64,000 nucleotides of DNA, taken from Octopus vulgaris (Eukaryota). Positions within the stretch are counted from its first letter, which is position 1. The number at the start of each line of letters is the position of its first letter. The notes under the pieces were generated by a model that saw only the letters and a list, made by a program, of their open reading frames with translations, was not told where the DNA came from and did not search any database. A program made the position numbers and the translations under genes. The stretch lies in NCBI GenBank assembly GCA_951406725.2, contig OX597816.1, positions 65,534,001 through 65,598,000 on the forward strand, read 5' to 3'. Positions 48,173-61,247 of this stretch are shown piece after piece.

Positions 48173-48537
48173 GGGATTTTTTCTTTTTGAAAGCCAAATT
48201 TTCCTAGTCAACTAAACAATTTGAAACTTCGTATACTGGTAGAATGTGCCAAAAGAAAACATAATCGTTAACCAAAATGAAAACGGAATTGTAATTTCTA
48301 AGTTTAACGTTGTTTAAAAATTCGAATTTTAACCAATGATATTCTTTCTTTCGGCCTCATATTATTTACTGCTTCTCAAAATATTGTTACTGTGACGTAA
48401 ACAGCTATTTTGTGACGTAGTTAACGTAAACAGCTAACTAAAATGTAAACATCTCCGCTTATCATAAACTTCGTGGAGTATATATAAAATTTGTGTAGAT
48501 CCTAAATAGCTACACACACATGTATACAAACATATGC

Positions 48538-48605
<68 letters not shown>

Positions 48606-48795
48606 TATATAGAAGGAGCTTCTACAGGACTAGTACTGTTTCATTCAAGAGAAATCTTCAGGAAGCTCAGGCTTCCTGAAGATTTCTCTTGAATGAAACA
48701 TATAGTCCTGTATCCTTCTATATAATAAATTAATTTTACTCTGCTATGTATTGATACCTTACTTACTGTGGTTAACCCCGAATCAACCCGGGACC

Positions 48796-48836
<41 letters not shown>

Positions 48837-49503
48837 ATGCACACATATTCTAATGCATATGCATATATGTGTATATATTTATAATGTGTGTGTATTATAG
48901 ATGCATACATTATATATATATAAAAGATGTTTACATACAATATATATCTGTTATATACATCTACATGTATATGTATGTATGAATATATAAGTACCACAGA
49001 ATTTGAATCAAACTGTTTTGATCCATACATACACACACACACCAACACTACCATCCATGAGACATCCTAACATTATCAATGCTATTACTACTATCATCAT
49101 CATTATCATCATCATCCACTGCCGCCACCACTAACACCACCACCAACACCACCTCTACAAAAACACCAACACTATAATTGCTGCCATCATACACATCCAC
49201 TGCCACCACTGCCATGATAACCACATCTACCACAGCTGTTTGCTTACTGCTTACCCACTCACAAAATAGCTATCTACGTCACATTAACACTATGCAGCTA
49301 ATATTTTCAAATAAAAACAGACAATATGATTGGTTAAAATTCGCAGATTTAAACTACGTTTAAACTTATAAAATATATTTTTGTCAAAAAAACTAGTTGA
49401 AATTATTGTTTTCTTTTCACACATTCTACCAGTATACGAAGTTTCAAATTATTTAGTTAACTAGAAAAATCTGAAAAATCTGGCTTTCCAAAAGAAAAGA
49501 CCC
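48173..49503. mobile_element. Foldback/MITE-type DNA element with about 165-bp imperfect TIRs
   Basis: 48173-48337 is the reverse complement of 49328-49503 (for example AATTTGAAACTTCGTATACTGGTAGAATGTG); GGG...CCC termini. Confidence 0.75.
48616..48668 (-). ncRNA. Type I minimal hammerhead ribozyme, predicted GUA cleavage; decayed inverted twin at 48671-48722
   Basis: GAGCTTC-CTGAAGA-TTTC tctt GAAT-GAAA-CAG tACTAGTc CTG-TA-GAAGCTC: 7-bp helix I and near-palindromic helix III. Confidence 0.75.
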
Positions 49504-50095
49504 GGTTTGGGTTTTAAGGTTAGGGTCTTAGGGTAAGGGTTTTAGAGCTAGGTTTTATGGTTAGGGTTTTAGAGTTAGGGTTTGGTTTTGGGTTTTAGGG
49601 TTAGGGTTGGGATTTAGGATTAGAGTTACGGAAACAAGCGAGAAATGAAGAAACTGGAGGTGGAGGGGTAGGGGGCAAATTTTTTATTCCGAAAATAGTT
49701 GCTGAAATCAAGAAATTGCCGAAGAAAGACTTTCACTTTTTCATGAGCGGCTATCGAAAACGCTGGGGTTTTAATATGACAAAAGAAAATACAAAAATGG
49801 TGGGCTTTTATGCACATATGTACTAATGGATATCATATATATGTACAAAATGAAACTTGAGATTTCGAAAGAAATTGTGATGTGTGCCACTATTTTCCTT
49901 TTCACATCAAATTCCAATATAATCTGAATGTATACATTCTGAAAAGTATTTGTAGCAAATTTCATTAAAAAATACCCAAGTTATGAGGAAACAAAGTCAA
50001 CTCATGTGAATTTCCCGAAACCTCTCTTCCTAACCACAGAATTTTTTAAAATATTAAATTCCTACATAAGCGGAATATACACCATCTAAAACATA

Positions 50096-50605
50096 CCGTA
50101 AATCCTCAAGTATAATCCGCATTATTTTCCCAAAATTTATAAGTCAAAATCCCTAGTGCGTACTATATATGCGGTTAAAAATGGAAATTATTTTCTAAGC
50201 AATGTCCAAGTCTCTATTTGCTGTCAGGCAATGTTTATTCAGAGGTATTTTGTGATGTCGGGCTCGAAAATACCTTAAGCTAAGCCTGAAAGCAATGAAG
50301 TCATAAAAGAATCATCCATAACTTGCAATAAGCAACATTTATTAAACGTTATTACTGTTATTTCTTTATTTTCTGCAAACAAAATGCACAAAAAAGCTAC
50401 ACGTTTGCATTATGTTATATATACAATAATAATAAAGGACGTTACTGTATACATTTTTAGAAACCAAAAATTATATAGACCTCCTTGACTGAAGTTAGAG
50501 AAGGGGTGCGTATTATACACAAGGTTTAGGTTTTCCAGAGGTACAGCCCCCTAAAAATCCCCTGCGTATTATACTCAAAGGCAGACTATACTCGAGGATT
50601 AACGG
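50096..50605. mobile_element. Tc2/pogo-like MITE
   Basis: TA|CCGTAAATCCTCAAGTATA ... TATACTCGAGGATTAACGG|TA terminal inverted repeats. Confidence 0.72.
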
Positions 50606-52248
50606 TATTTTTTGAAAATTTCATTAAAAAATTTACATTTTTCTGGAAGTTGTGAGGCAACAAAGTCGGTCGGGTAGGGGCACACATGTATAGGTAAGCC
50701 GACATTTGCATTATTTTACAATAATCATTTCAAATCCTGCTCGGCTGGTTTTTGTCTTATCTTTCAGGGCCCAATAGAATGAGTTAATCGTAATGAAACA
50801 GAGTTGTAAACACCCCTATACCTATCCATTCAAATGCTGACGTCAGTAAAGTTGGTCAAGGAAAACGGGTCTTTTTACTTTTATTGGAATTAATATCGTA
50901 TTTATTTAAGATGCCAAAGGAGTTCTGTGTTTTCGTTTTTATGAAGACGCTTCATGAATAATCTAATCTTCTCACTCCTTCGGTCATTGTTTTTTTAAAG
51001 ATAAAAATAGTATGATGACTTATAAAATATTTAGAGGATTATTAGGTTTTACAGGCCAGATGTTAAAAAAATATTGGAGTGGCTGATTCCGGGTTCAGTC
51101 CCACTGTCTGGCACCTTGGGCAAGTGTCTTCTACTATAACCTCGGGCCAACCAAAGCCTTGTGAGTGGATTTGGTAGACGGAAACTGAAAGAAGCCCGTC
51201 ATATATATATATATATGTATGTGTGTGTGTTTGTGTGTCTGTGTTTGTCCCCCTAGCATTGCTTGACAACCGATACTGGTGTATTTATGTCCCCGTTACT
51301 TAGCGGTTCGGCAAAAGGACCGATAGAATAAGTACTGGGCTTACAAAAAGAATAAGTCCCGGGTTCTAGTTGCTCGATTAAAGGCGATGCTCCAGCATGG
51401 CCGCGGTCAAGAGTAACATTAAAAGTAAAATATGTTTTATATGACACATTAGGGTTAGGGTTAGGGTTAGTGTCCGAAGGTTGAAAGTGTTTAGTTACAA
51501 AAAATTTATTTCTCGATCTGCTGTTCAAAGGGTAAATATCCCTTATATTATCTATTTAAACCCTTTACAACCTAGAAGGGTTATGGGTCAAGAGGAAAAT
51601 ACATCAATCAAATGTTGGCAAGGCCATCGGTTGAATAAAACAACATTGTTCCTCAACAGAACAATAAGGCTCTATAGTTAGGGGGAAATTTACCCATTCA
51701 GTTTCAAAACTCAGGTGGGGCCAAAAGAGGTCTCTACACATACATACGTATACACACACACACACACATACATACATACATATATCCAGACAACTTCAGC
51801 TTTATATATATATATATATATATCTTCTATCTTCTTCTTCTATCTTCTATATATAAAACTGAAATGCGTTGTTACCGCTTGGATCGCTTTCAATGCCACT
51901 ATGTCCGATTCGCTCCAAAATTTACAGGGACATGTAGAATGAGGTGACGATGCTCGTGGGTTACCTTAGAAATCCCTATCTTAAAAGGTGTGGTTGCTAG
52001 GGGCCATCTTCCTCACTCCCGCTATTTCCTTCTTTCCCTCTCTTACTCCCCTTCATCTATAACTTTGAGAGTTCGACTACCGTTATTTAAAGTATCTGTC
52101 ACTCTCGCTATTTTCTCTCTTTTTCACTGACTCTGTTTCCTAGCTTCCCATCACTTCGGCGGCGTTCTTTTAAGTATCTGTCTGTCACCAACAAACAACA
52201 CACGAGCATGAGAACAAATATTATGAATCAGATATTCTTGCGTTCATT

Positions 52249-52281
<33 letters not shown>

Positions 52282-52652
52282 TCTATATATAAATATGTAT
52301 ATATAATGTATGTGTGTGTGTTCTATATATAAATATGTATATATAATGTATATATACAAAGTGTATATATCTGTATTTATGTATATTAAACTTTTTCATA
52401 CTTTTTCATAGTTATATAGTTTTTTAAACAAATTATAAATATAATTTAATAATTTTTATTTTCAATTTAAATAATTTAAATTTTTCAATTTTATATTTTA
52501 TATATGTTCTATATTATTTTTTTTTTATGTTTTGGTTTTTGGTTTTTCACTGTTTGATTTGCCTATTAGTGGTTTTATCTCTAATTTAATTTATACAGAT
52601 ATATATCTCATTTGTATATATAATGCGTGCACACACACACACACACACACAC

Positions 52653-52721
<69 letters not shown>

Positions 52722-53408
52722 GTGTGCATTACGTAGTCGGTCGATTCAGCTGAAAATATGCACACCTATGTTAAAAGTGCTGGCAAGTTTGCATGACAAC
52801 TATTTTTTCCGCAAATGAAAGGCGTCACCTCTAGGACAAAATTCCTCATCTTATAAAATGTAGCCCCAGAAGACCCGAATGAAATCGGGTTATATTAACC
52901 AAAATGTGAAAAGGGGTCTAAATGGGGCTGGAAGGGGATTAGAATTTCAAGGAGCGGGTGTTTAGGAATTCTCTGTTACATCAAGCTAAAAAATTTGCGC
53001 CAGCCTTTTAATCGTCAATGTGTTGCCGTCCATGATAAAGAACTTTTGAATGCTTGCCATGGTGAGTCTACTGTCGTGAGAAAGAATCACTTCAAAACTT
53101 GGTGTTTACGAATTTTCTTTTACATCAAGTTGAAAATTTTACGCCAGCCGTTAAACTGTCACTACGTTGCTGTCCGTCGTTAACAAATACCAGCCATGGT
53201 GACTCTACTATCCTTAGATTCTATCCCTTCAAACTTTGGTTTCCAATATTTTTGGAAATATTTTTTCGCTCTGGGCGCCATTGGGCTCACTGTCCACGGC
53301 TACGAGACCACAGTGAGCGCTATGGCGACCAGAGCTCAGAGTGAGCGCTATGGCGACCAGAGCTCACAGTGAGCGCTATGGCGACGGTCTAAACACCATG
53401 AACAAGAT

Positions 53409-53483
53409 GGCTTGGCTTGGCTTGGCTTGGCTTGGCTTGGCTTGGCTTGGCTTGGCTTGGCTTGGCTTGGCTAGGCTTGGCTT
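53409..53483. repeat. (CTTGG)n pentanucleotide microsatellite
   Basis: About 15 near-perfect units. Confidence 0.95.
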
Positions 53484-53499
53484 GCGACAATGTTTTGCT

Positions 53500-55862
53500 G
53501 TTTTTATCAAGGTTGCCCTCAGTAGCTGCCCAACCTCCTCTGCTGAAAGTAGGTGGAATTATATCAGGGAAGCTTTGTATACCACATCAATAGATACTTT
53601 CGGAATGAGAGAAAGGTAAAACCCAGATTTTGTTCAGTGCTGGGCTCTCGGAGCTGGAACCAGTTATCGAAGCAAAGCGTACAGCTCTGATGCAATACAA
53701 GAGTGATTCTTCTACAAAGTCGCTCGAAGAACTCAGAAAGGCAAGAAATAAAACCCAATTGACTGCCAGACGCTGTATTGAAAGGAAATCTGTCAGAGTA
53801 TCCAGTCAGCTGCTGACAGTGGCGACACCCGTGGGATGTATGCCGGTTTGAAGAAGGCCCTCGGTCCATCCGCAACCACCTCAGCCCCTCTGAAATCAAC
53901 TACTGGAGATCTCGTCAGGGACCAAGGCAAGCAAATGGATAGATGGATGGAGTACTACCAGGATCTCTACTCACGAGAGACCACGGTAGCTGAGGCTGCA
54001 ATCGAGGGTGTCAAGATCTTGCCGGTCATGTGTGAACTTGACAGTCTGCCATCTATAGCAGAGCTCACCAAATCTATTGACTCCCTAGCAAGTAACAAGG
54101 CTCCGGGAAAAGACGGCATCCCCTTAGAGATCATCAAAACCGGCAAAAACATCATCCTGCTTCGGCACATTCATGAGCTTCTGTGTCAGTGCTGGTTAGA
54201 GGGTACAGTCCCTCAGAATATGCGGGATGCTAACATCATTACGCTTTACAAAAGTAAAAGTGACCGTGATGATTGTAACAATTACCGTGGAATATCTCTT
54301 CTAAGCACAGTTGGAAAGGCCTCTGCTAGCATTATCCTGTCCAGGCTGCAACTAATTGCTTCACGAATTTATCCAGAATCGCGGTGTGGCTTTAGAAGAA
54401 GCAGATCAACTATTGACATGATATTCTCCATACGCCAACTTCAGAAGTCCAGAGAGCAGAAAATGCCATTATATATGGCCTTCATTGATCTGACAAAGGG
54501 CTTTGACTTGGTAAGTAGAAAAGGCCTCTTCATCCTGCTCCAAAAAATCGGATGTCCACCAAAGCTGCTGAGGATCATCAAATCATTCCATGCTAATATG
54601 CAAGGCACCATACAGCACAATGGTTCAACATCAGCCGCCTTCCAAATAAAAAATGGGGTAGAGCAAGGTTGTGTCCTTGCTCCTACATTATTTGGCATCT
54701 TCTTCTCGATGCTGCTGTCACATGCCTTTGAGACATCAGATGATGGAGTGTTTCTGCACAGTAGAAGTGATGGGAAACTGTTCAATCTCTCGCGTCTGCG
54801 TGCCAAGACCAAAATCTCAGAAGCGTCCTGATCAAGGAGATGCTATTTGCTGATGATGCCGCTCTGGTATCACAGACAGAAGAAGCCCTACGAAGGCTCA
54901 TCAACTGTTTTGAGCAAGCATTTGGCAACTTTGGCTTAGTTATCAGCCTCAAGAAGACCAACATCATGGGTCAGGCTACATCGGACATCCCAAACATACA
55001 TATTGGAGACCACAGAGTATAGGAGGTGGAGAAGTTTACCTATCTTGGCTCTACCGTCACCTACAACCTATCCCTTGATGCTGAGCTCAATATACGCATT
55101 GGCAAGGCAGCTGCTGTGATGGCCCAACTCACCAAACGCGCATGGGACAACAATAAGCTGACCAAGACCACAAAAATGAAGATTTACCAGGCATGTGTAC
55201 TTAGCACTCTACTGTATGACTTTGACGCCATACACACGCCATACGACGCCATACGTCGCCTAAATATCTTTCACCTGCGCTGTCTCCGGAAAATTCATCG
55301 CATCAAATAGCAGAATCATGTCCCTAACAAAGATGTCCTCAAGCAAGCAGGAATACCAAGCATGTTTGCACTCTTCACACAAAGACGTATGAGATGGCTT
55401 GGACATGTTAGCCGTATGGAAGATGGCAGAATCCCCAAGGACATACTCAACGGAGAGCTTGCTAGGGGCACTAGGTCTGTGGGAAGACTGTTCTTACGAT
55501 ACAAGGATGTTTGCAAAAGGGACATGAATGCCTGCAACATCAATATTACCAACTGGGAAGTAGTTGCCAGCAACTGTGGAGATTGGCGACGTACCGTAAA
55601 AGAGGGAACACAAAGGAGTGACATAGTGAGAAAGGAGAAATGGAAAGACAAGAAAAGACGTCAACAAGAAACTATGACATTACAACCAGTCAGGTAAAGT
55701 CTTCGCTACATTTACGGCACCTTCCAGAGGGAGTGTTTGTCCCCGATAGGACTACACAGCCACAGCAAGAGATGTATTAGGACATGAAATGTAAAAGCCG
55801 GACTAGATTATTTTATGCGCAACTCCATTGTCTCCCGAGACAAAAAGGATGCCAACAACAAT
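53500..55862 (+). mobile_element. RTE-clade (BovB-like) LINE, 5'-truncated, reverse transcriptase pseudogene
   Basis: KAPGKDGIP, NYRGISLLS, CGFRRSRSTIDMIF, AFIDLTKGFD, GVEQGCVLAPTLF, LFADD, FTYLGS and RWLGHVSRM across several frameshifts and stops; (CAA)n-like tail. Confidence 0.93.
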
Positions 55863-56153
55863 ATATATGGATTTCGTAGACAGGAACTGTAACAAATAAA
55901 TCGTATATATATGTATGTATATATGTAAGTGTATGTGTGTGTCTTTGTCTCTGTGTTTCGCCCTCATCACTGCTTCACAACTGCTGTTCACTTATTTACA
56001 TCCACATAACTTACTGGTTTCACAAGAACAAACTAATAGAGTAAGTACTAGGCTTATCAACATAAAAAAGCACTAGGCTGTGTCTCATATTTTTGTTTGC
56101 TCACTCAGTTGTATCTATCAATTTATCTTTGTATGTGTGCATGTGTGTGTGTA

Positions 56154-57496
56154 TCTATATATATATATATACATATATATATAACACCCTAATGGGAGCC
56201 TTAAATCCCAAATTTTAGTAATTTCTTTTATGATCCAAAACTTGGTCAAAAGTACTGAATGGATCTTTATGAAATTTGGAAATTATATTCTATGCATAAG
56301 GGCCATAACGCCCATGACAATTCATATATTTTTGCTGTTGATGAAATTTTAACCATAGACATTAGACACAAATGAAGTAATATCTATAAAATTTCATCTT
56401 ACAAAGTTAGAAAGACCCCTCCATTGGGACTTAACATCTACAATTTTGTCATTTTATCTAAGCAAAAATGAATACAGTTGTGCTCTTGGAAGCTGTAGGG
56501 TTACCCGAGCATAAAAGATGAGCATTATTTGTAATTCAATGGTACAACAGTGTAACAGTTTGCTTTGACATACACTTACATTGTGATTTCTGCAATGTGC
56601 TGCATAAATTGTCAAGTAAATGAGAGGCATCTTTGCCTCCACTGATTCAGTTGCAAAGTGAAGAGTAAAATTTATTTGATTGCAGACCTCCTTTCAGTCT
56701 TTTTATTATCACTCGGTCACACATAGTCCCCAGATGGTAACATTGATTTCAAGGCCTTCCCAGATGAGTGACTGGTTATTCGAAGACATTTATAGATTTT
56801 AAATTTATTCTGTCCAGTTACGTATCAGTATAGTGGTCATTTGCAAACTACAGAGGGGACACTTTCATTTCTCCTTAGCTCTCACGTCAAACAGTTGTTA
56901 ATGTTGATTTCAGTTGGGTCACGCACTTCCAATTGCTATAGATTCGTAATGCATCTTACGGCTGTGTGTCATCTGGATGGTGAGGAATCCTACATTAGGA
57001 GCGGTAACGACTAGGGTAGGGTAACTGACTGCTTATTGTGATCATTCGTCTTTTGGTTTCCTGTCGCTTTGCTCTTTTTTACAAACCCAGTGAACATATA
57101 TTTCCTATTTCAAAGAAATTTAAACAATAGATATAAGACCCAAGTTAAAAAGACTTTCAACAATTCAACTTCTCTGGTTGACATTAAGATGCCCATCCCC
57201 AACAGGGGCCTTAACTCTCACATTTTAGAGCTCCATGACCTTCATTTTTCAGGAACAAAGTCTTTTTAACAAGTTAAATAAGACTGGAATTTTGGAATAT
57301 GCGCATAAAAATCAGGATTATGGGATACATGTGGCACGATTACAATTTTTTAGGGTGTGTAAAGATTGAAATAACCCTCATCTGCAATTTTGATGAAATT
57401 CGAAACATAGATATTCCAGTTCATCACAGAAGATATAACAGAAAAGTCTAATTCTCCAATTGAATGTAATCGGGCAACGCTGGGTATCTCTGCTAG
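56154..57496 (+). mobile_element. Probable non-autonomous Helitron
   Basis: A|TCTATATATA 5' end; 3' end CGGGCAACGCTGGG hairpin remnant then CTAG|T. The 5' boundary is uncertain. Confidence 0.55.
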
Positions 57497-57860
57497 TTAT
57501 ATATAAATATAAATAAGTAAAAGATATGCAATAAATATAAATATGTATATAAAAGTAAAAATGTACATATATATATATTCTTTCTTTTCTTTCTTTTATT
57601 CTTTTACTTGTTTCGACCCGAACACTTCTTTAAAGTAATTCTATATATTTCGCAAGAAAGAACAATAATATTATGTATATACATGCCACCATCGGGGGGA
57701 CAAACACAAACACACACACAGTTTCCGTCTACCAAATTCACTCACAAGGCTTTGGTTGGCCTGAGCCTCTAGTAGAAGACCAAGGCGTCACGCAATGGGG
57801 CTGAACCCAGAACCATGTGGTTGGTAGGCAGGCTACTTACCACACAGCCACTCATGCATA

Positions 57861-57928
<68 letters not shown>

Positions 57929-58980
57929 TGTTTGTGTGTGTCTGTGTGTAGTTTGACAAGTGTCAATGCACGAAACTCTCGCCCCTCGAGAAACTCTGTT
58001 GCTTCTGCTAAATATTGATAAACACATATATGACGAGCTTTTTCAGATTCCGTCAACCAAATCTACTCACAAGGGTTTAGTCGACCCAGGGCTATAGTAG
58101 AAACACCCGCTCAAAGTGCCACGCAGCTGGACTGAACCCGGAACGGCTTACAACACAGTCACGCCTGCTCCTATTCACATATATACATGATATATATTTC
58201 TTTTGGTACCCACAAGGGGCTAAACATAGAGGGGACAAACAAGGACAGACAAACGGATTAAGTCGATTACATCGACCCAGTGCGAAACTGATACTTATTT
58301 ATCGACCCCGAGAGGATGAAAGGCAAAGTCGACCTCGGCGGAATTTGAACTCAGAACGTAGCGGCAGACGAAATACTGCTAAGCATTTCACCCGGCGTGC
58401 TAACGCTTCTGCCAGCTCGCCTCTTGCATATAAATCTATGTGCGTATATAGACACAGTTATACATATGGCTACACACACTAACACACACGTACACATACA
58501 CATGCAAGTAGTCACACGAGTGTACACACAACCACACACATACGCACGCACACACACACACACACACACATACACACTAGTACGCACGCACATAATCTCC
58601 TTTCCTCTCACCCTTATTCTTCTAAGCATAGAAAGGCATGCATGCACGCAGACATAAGATTAATTCGCGGCCAAATTCAGGCAGACGTTGAAGAGAAAGA
58701 ACAAGCAATTGAAAAGGTCGCGAAAAATAGCGACGAACGGACTTTCACGAAGAAATAAAACTTTGATTGTTTAACCAGCACGTTAAACAAACGATCGATT
58801 ACGAAGTTGGTCAGATGTGTAACCATATCGTTATTGGCATAATGACCCTCCCAAGAAGCAACAAGATGTGTGTGTGTATGCGTGTGTGAGTGTGTGTGCG
58901 TATGTGTATATATGTATGTGTGTGTGTGTGTGTGTGTATATGTATGTGTGTGTGTGTGAGATTGAAACAGTAATCGCTCG

Positions 58981-59073
58981 ATAATGTAAAGTATAGAAGC
59001 CATCTTATCATGGCTAACCACATTGGGGATCCCCAATGTGGTTAGCCATGATAAGATGGCTTCTATACTTTAC

Positions 59074-59078
<5 letters not shown>
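58981..59078. repeat. Perfect 98-bp palindrome without spacer
   Basis: 49-bp arms centred on GGGGA|TCCCC, abutting a (TA)n tract. Confidence 0.95.
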
Positions 59079-59134
<56 letters not shown>

Positions 59135-59195
59135 ACACACATGTGAGTGAGAACACTTTGAGATATTTTTGGTATCTAACATATGTCAGATACTG

Positions 59196-59300
59196 CTTCT
59201 GATTGGTCAATCCATGGTGATGACCCGAGGTCACGGTGACAGCGCTACTTCTGATTGGTCAATCCATGGTGATGACCCGACGTCACGTTGACGGCACTAC
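59196..59300. repeat. 52-bp direct tandem duplication
   Basis: CTTCTGATTGGTCAATCCATGGTGATGACCCGA at 59196 and 59248. Confidence 0.9.
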
Positions 59301-59388
59301 TTTTGTCATTCATAAGTTACAACTAAACGTGAAGAATTTAGTTTTGGGGTTAATAAAATATGGTCGTTTATTCGTGTGTAATAAATAA

Positions 59389-59532
59389 AATACCAAACTC
59401 ATTCCCTATGGATACCGTATGTATTACAACTCGTGGCTTGTAAACGTATCTAACTCGCTTTCGCTCGTTAGATACGTTTACAAGCCACTCGTTGAAATAA
59501 ATACGGTATCCATAGGGAACTCGTTTGGTATT
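59389..59532 (-). repeat. 144-nt imperfect palindrome with GAAA loop and three tandem GA mismatches on the minus strand
   Basis: The arms differ by TC versus GA at three AAC-NN sites; the loop is TTTC on the plus strand. Confidence 0.9.
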
Positions 59533-59981
59533 CTCTATATATATTCAGTCAAACTAATGCACCTGCTTGTTATTCCTGCACCTGTCTTCGTCTTTTGTTG
59601 TTTTCTGTAAATATATCCTTTTATATATATGTGTTATTTTTTTCCTCTTTTTGCCAAATAAACAGGCGCACTATATAATTCCCTTTTCACTCATTTATTA
59701 CTGTTCTTATTCTAATTTATGTTTATCGTCCGGAAATCTTTCGTCACACCTCTGTGAACTCTTCTCGACACTTTCCGTCTTCGTGTGTACTCTTGCTCCG
59801 CTTTTATACATATACACACATACGGGTAAAACCCTTGTGGTATGGTATATAAAGCTCGTATAAAGTCTTACTCAAAGAAGGTGCATTTCACACCTTGAAT
59901 TGGTGATAATGATTACACAACATCTCACCAATGAACAAGTGTAAAAATGTGTCGAAACAATTGTAATGTTTATAGATAATG

Positions 59982-60042
<61 letters not shown>

Positions 60043-60432
60043 CATGTATGTATGTGTGTATGTATATACTTACATATATATGTATATACATATGCATATA
60101 TGTGTACAGGATGTCACAGAAGGTAAACAACATGAAATACGAAATACGAAAATATGGAATACGAACTTTTTGGCGAACAGCGAAAGAAACAATATTATCG
60201 ATAATGCCCGAAATTGCGTTTGACTCCTCTTGCTGATAACTGATGAAGAATTTGTGATCTTGTGTGTTTTCTGTTCGCCTGTGCATTTAGTATGTGTTCA
60301 TTTGTTTATTTACTATACGTTTATTTTTAATTATATATATATATATAGATATGTCATATTTTCCGTTTGTTGTCTTTTTATTTAATCCTGAAGATATTAT
60401 TTATGTAACGCACGCACTCATTAATCTTTTAC

Positions 60433-60478
<46 letters not shown>

Positions 60479-60678
60479 GTGTGTGTGTGAGTGTGTGTGT
60501 GTGCGTGTGTGTGTGTAGTTCAAATTTACAGAAAACAAACGACGAAGACAGGTGAAAGAACAACAAGCAGAGTTTGAAGGTTTTTAGTTATAGAAATCGA
60601 CCCCAGGACTTACTCTTTGAAACCCTAGCACTTATTCTATCGGTTTCTTTTTCCAAAACGCTAAGCTACGGGGACGTG

Positions 60679-60736
<58 letters not shown>

Positions 60737-61205
60737 TAGGAGTGACTGTGTGACAAGAAGTTTGCTGCCTGGTCACTAGGTCAAATAGATTTGGAAGATG
60801 GAAACTGAAAAAAGCCCGTCGTATATACGTGTTTGTGGGCCGGAGGGGGCTAGCTTCGTGCTTGTCCCAGACAACCGCTTGTTGACTTCCTTTCCATCCC
60901 CGCAACTTAGAAGTTCGACGAAATTAACCGATAGAATATGTCGAATGACTGAGACAAGTAAATGTTTTTTTAGATATATCGTAGTAATATCTAATGTAGT
61001 TGTGATTTACGACCAGTCAGGACGTTACCATTGGTTTCACACTTTTTATACTCTTAGCAATATAGACGTCTCCCACTGCTAAGAACGTAAAAGGCGCGAA
61101 AGCAATGGTGACTCCCTGACAAGCCATACCAGCCACATAGTTTCGGGTTCATTCACACTGCGTGGCACCTTAGAACCTAGGGTTGGATTCAAAATTCTAC
61201 CAGGA

Positions 61206-61247
61206 CACCTGATGAAGGCTGGAGAGTAAATCAGTCGAAATTTTGTG
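61206..61247 (+). ncRNA. Decayed minimal hammerhead motif; paralogous 3' half at 62626-62644
   Basis: CAC-CTGATGA-A-GGCTGG..TCAGTC-GAAA-TTTT-GTG; the paralog reads TCAGCC-GAAACGCT-GTGTT; both continue into the same downstream sequence. Confidence 0.55.

Noticed and set aside
53310-53385. CRISPR-like array
   Set aside because: These are contiguous 28-bp duplications without unique spacers, in eukaryotic DNA with no cas genes.
60222-60262. Hammerhead from CGAAA...CTGATGA
   Set aside because: The core words are present but I could not build consistent helices.
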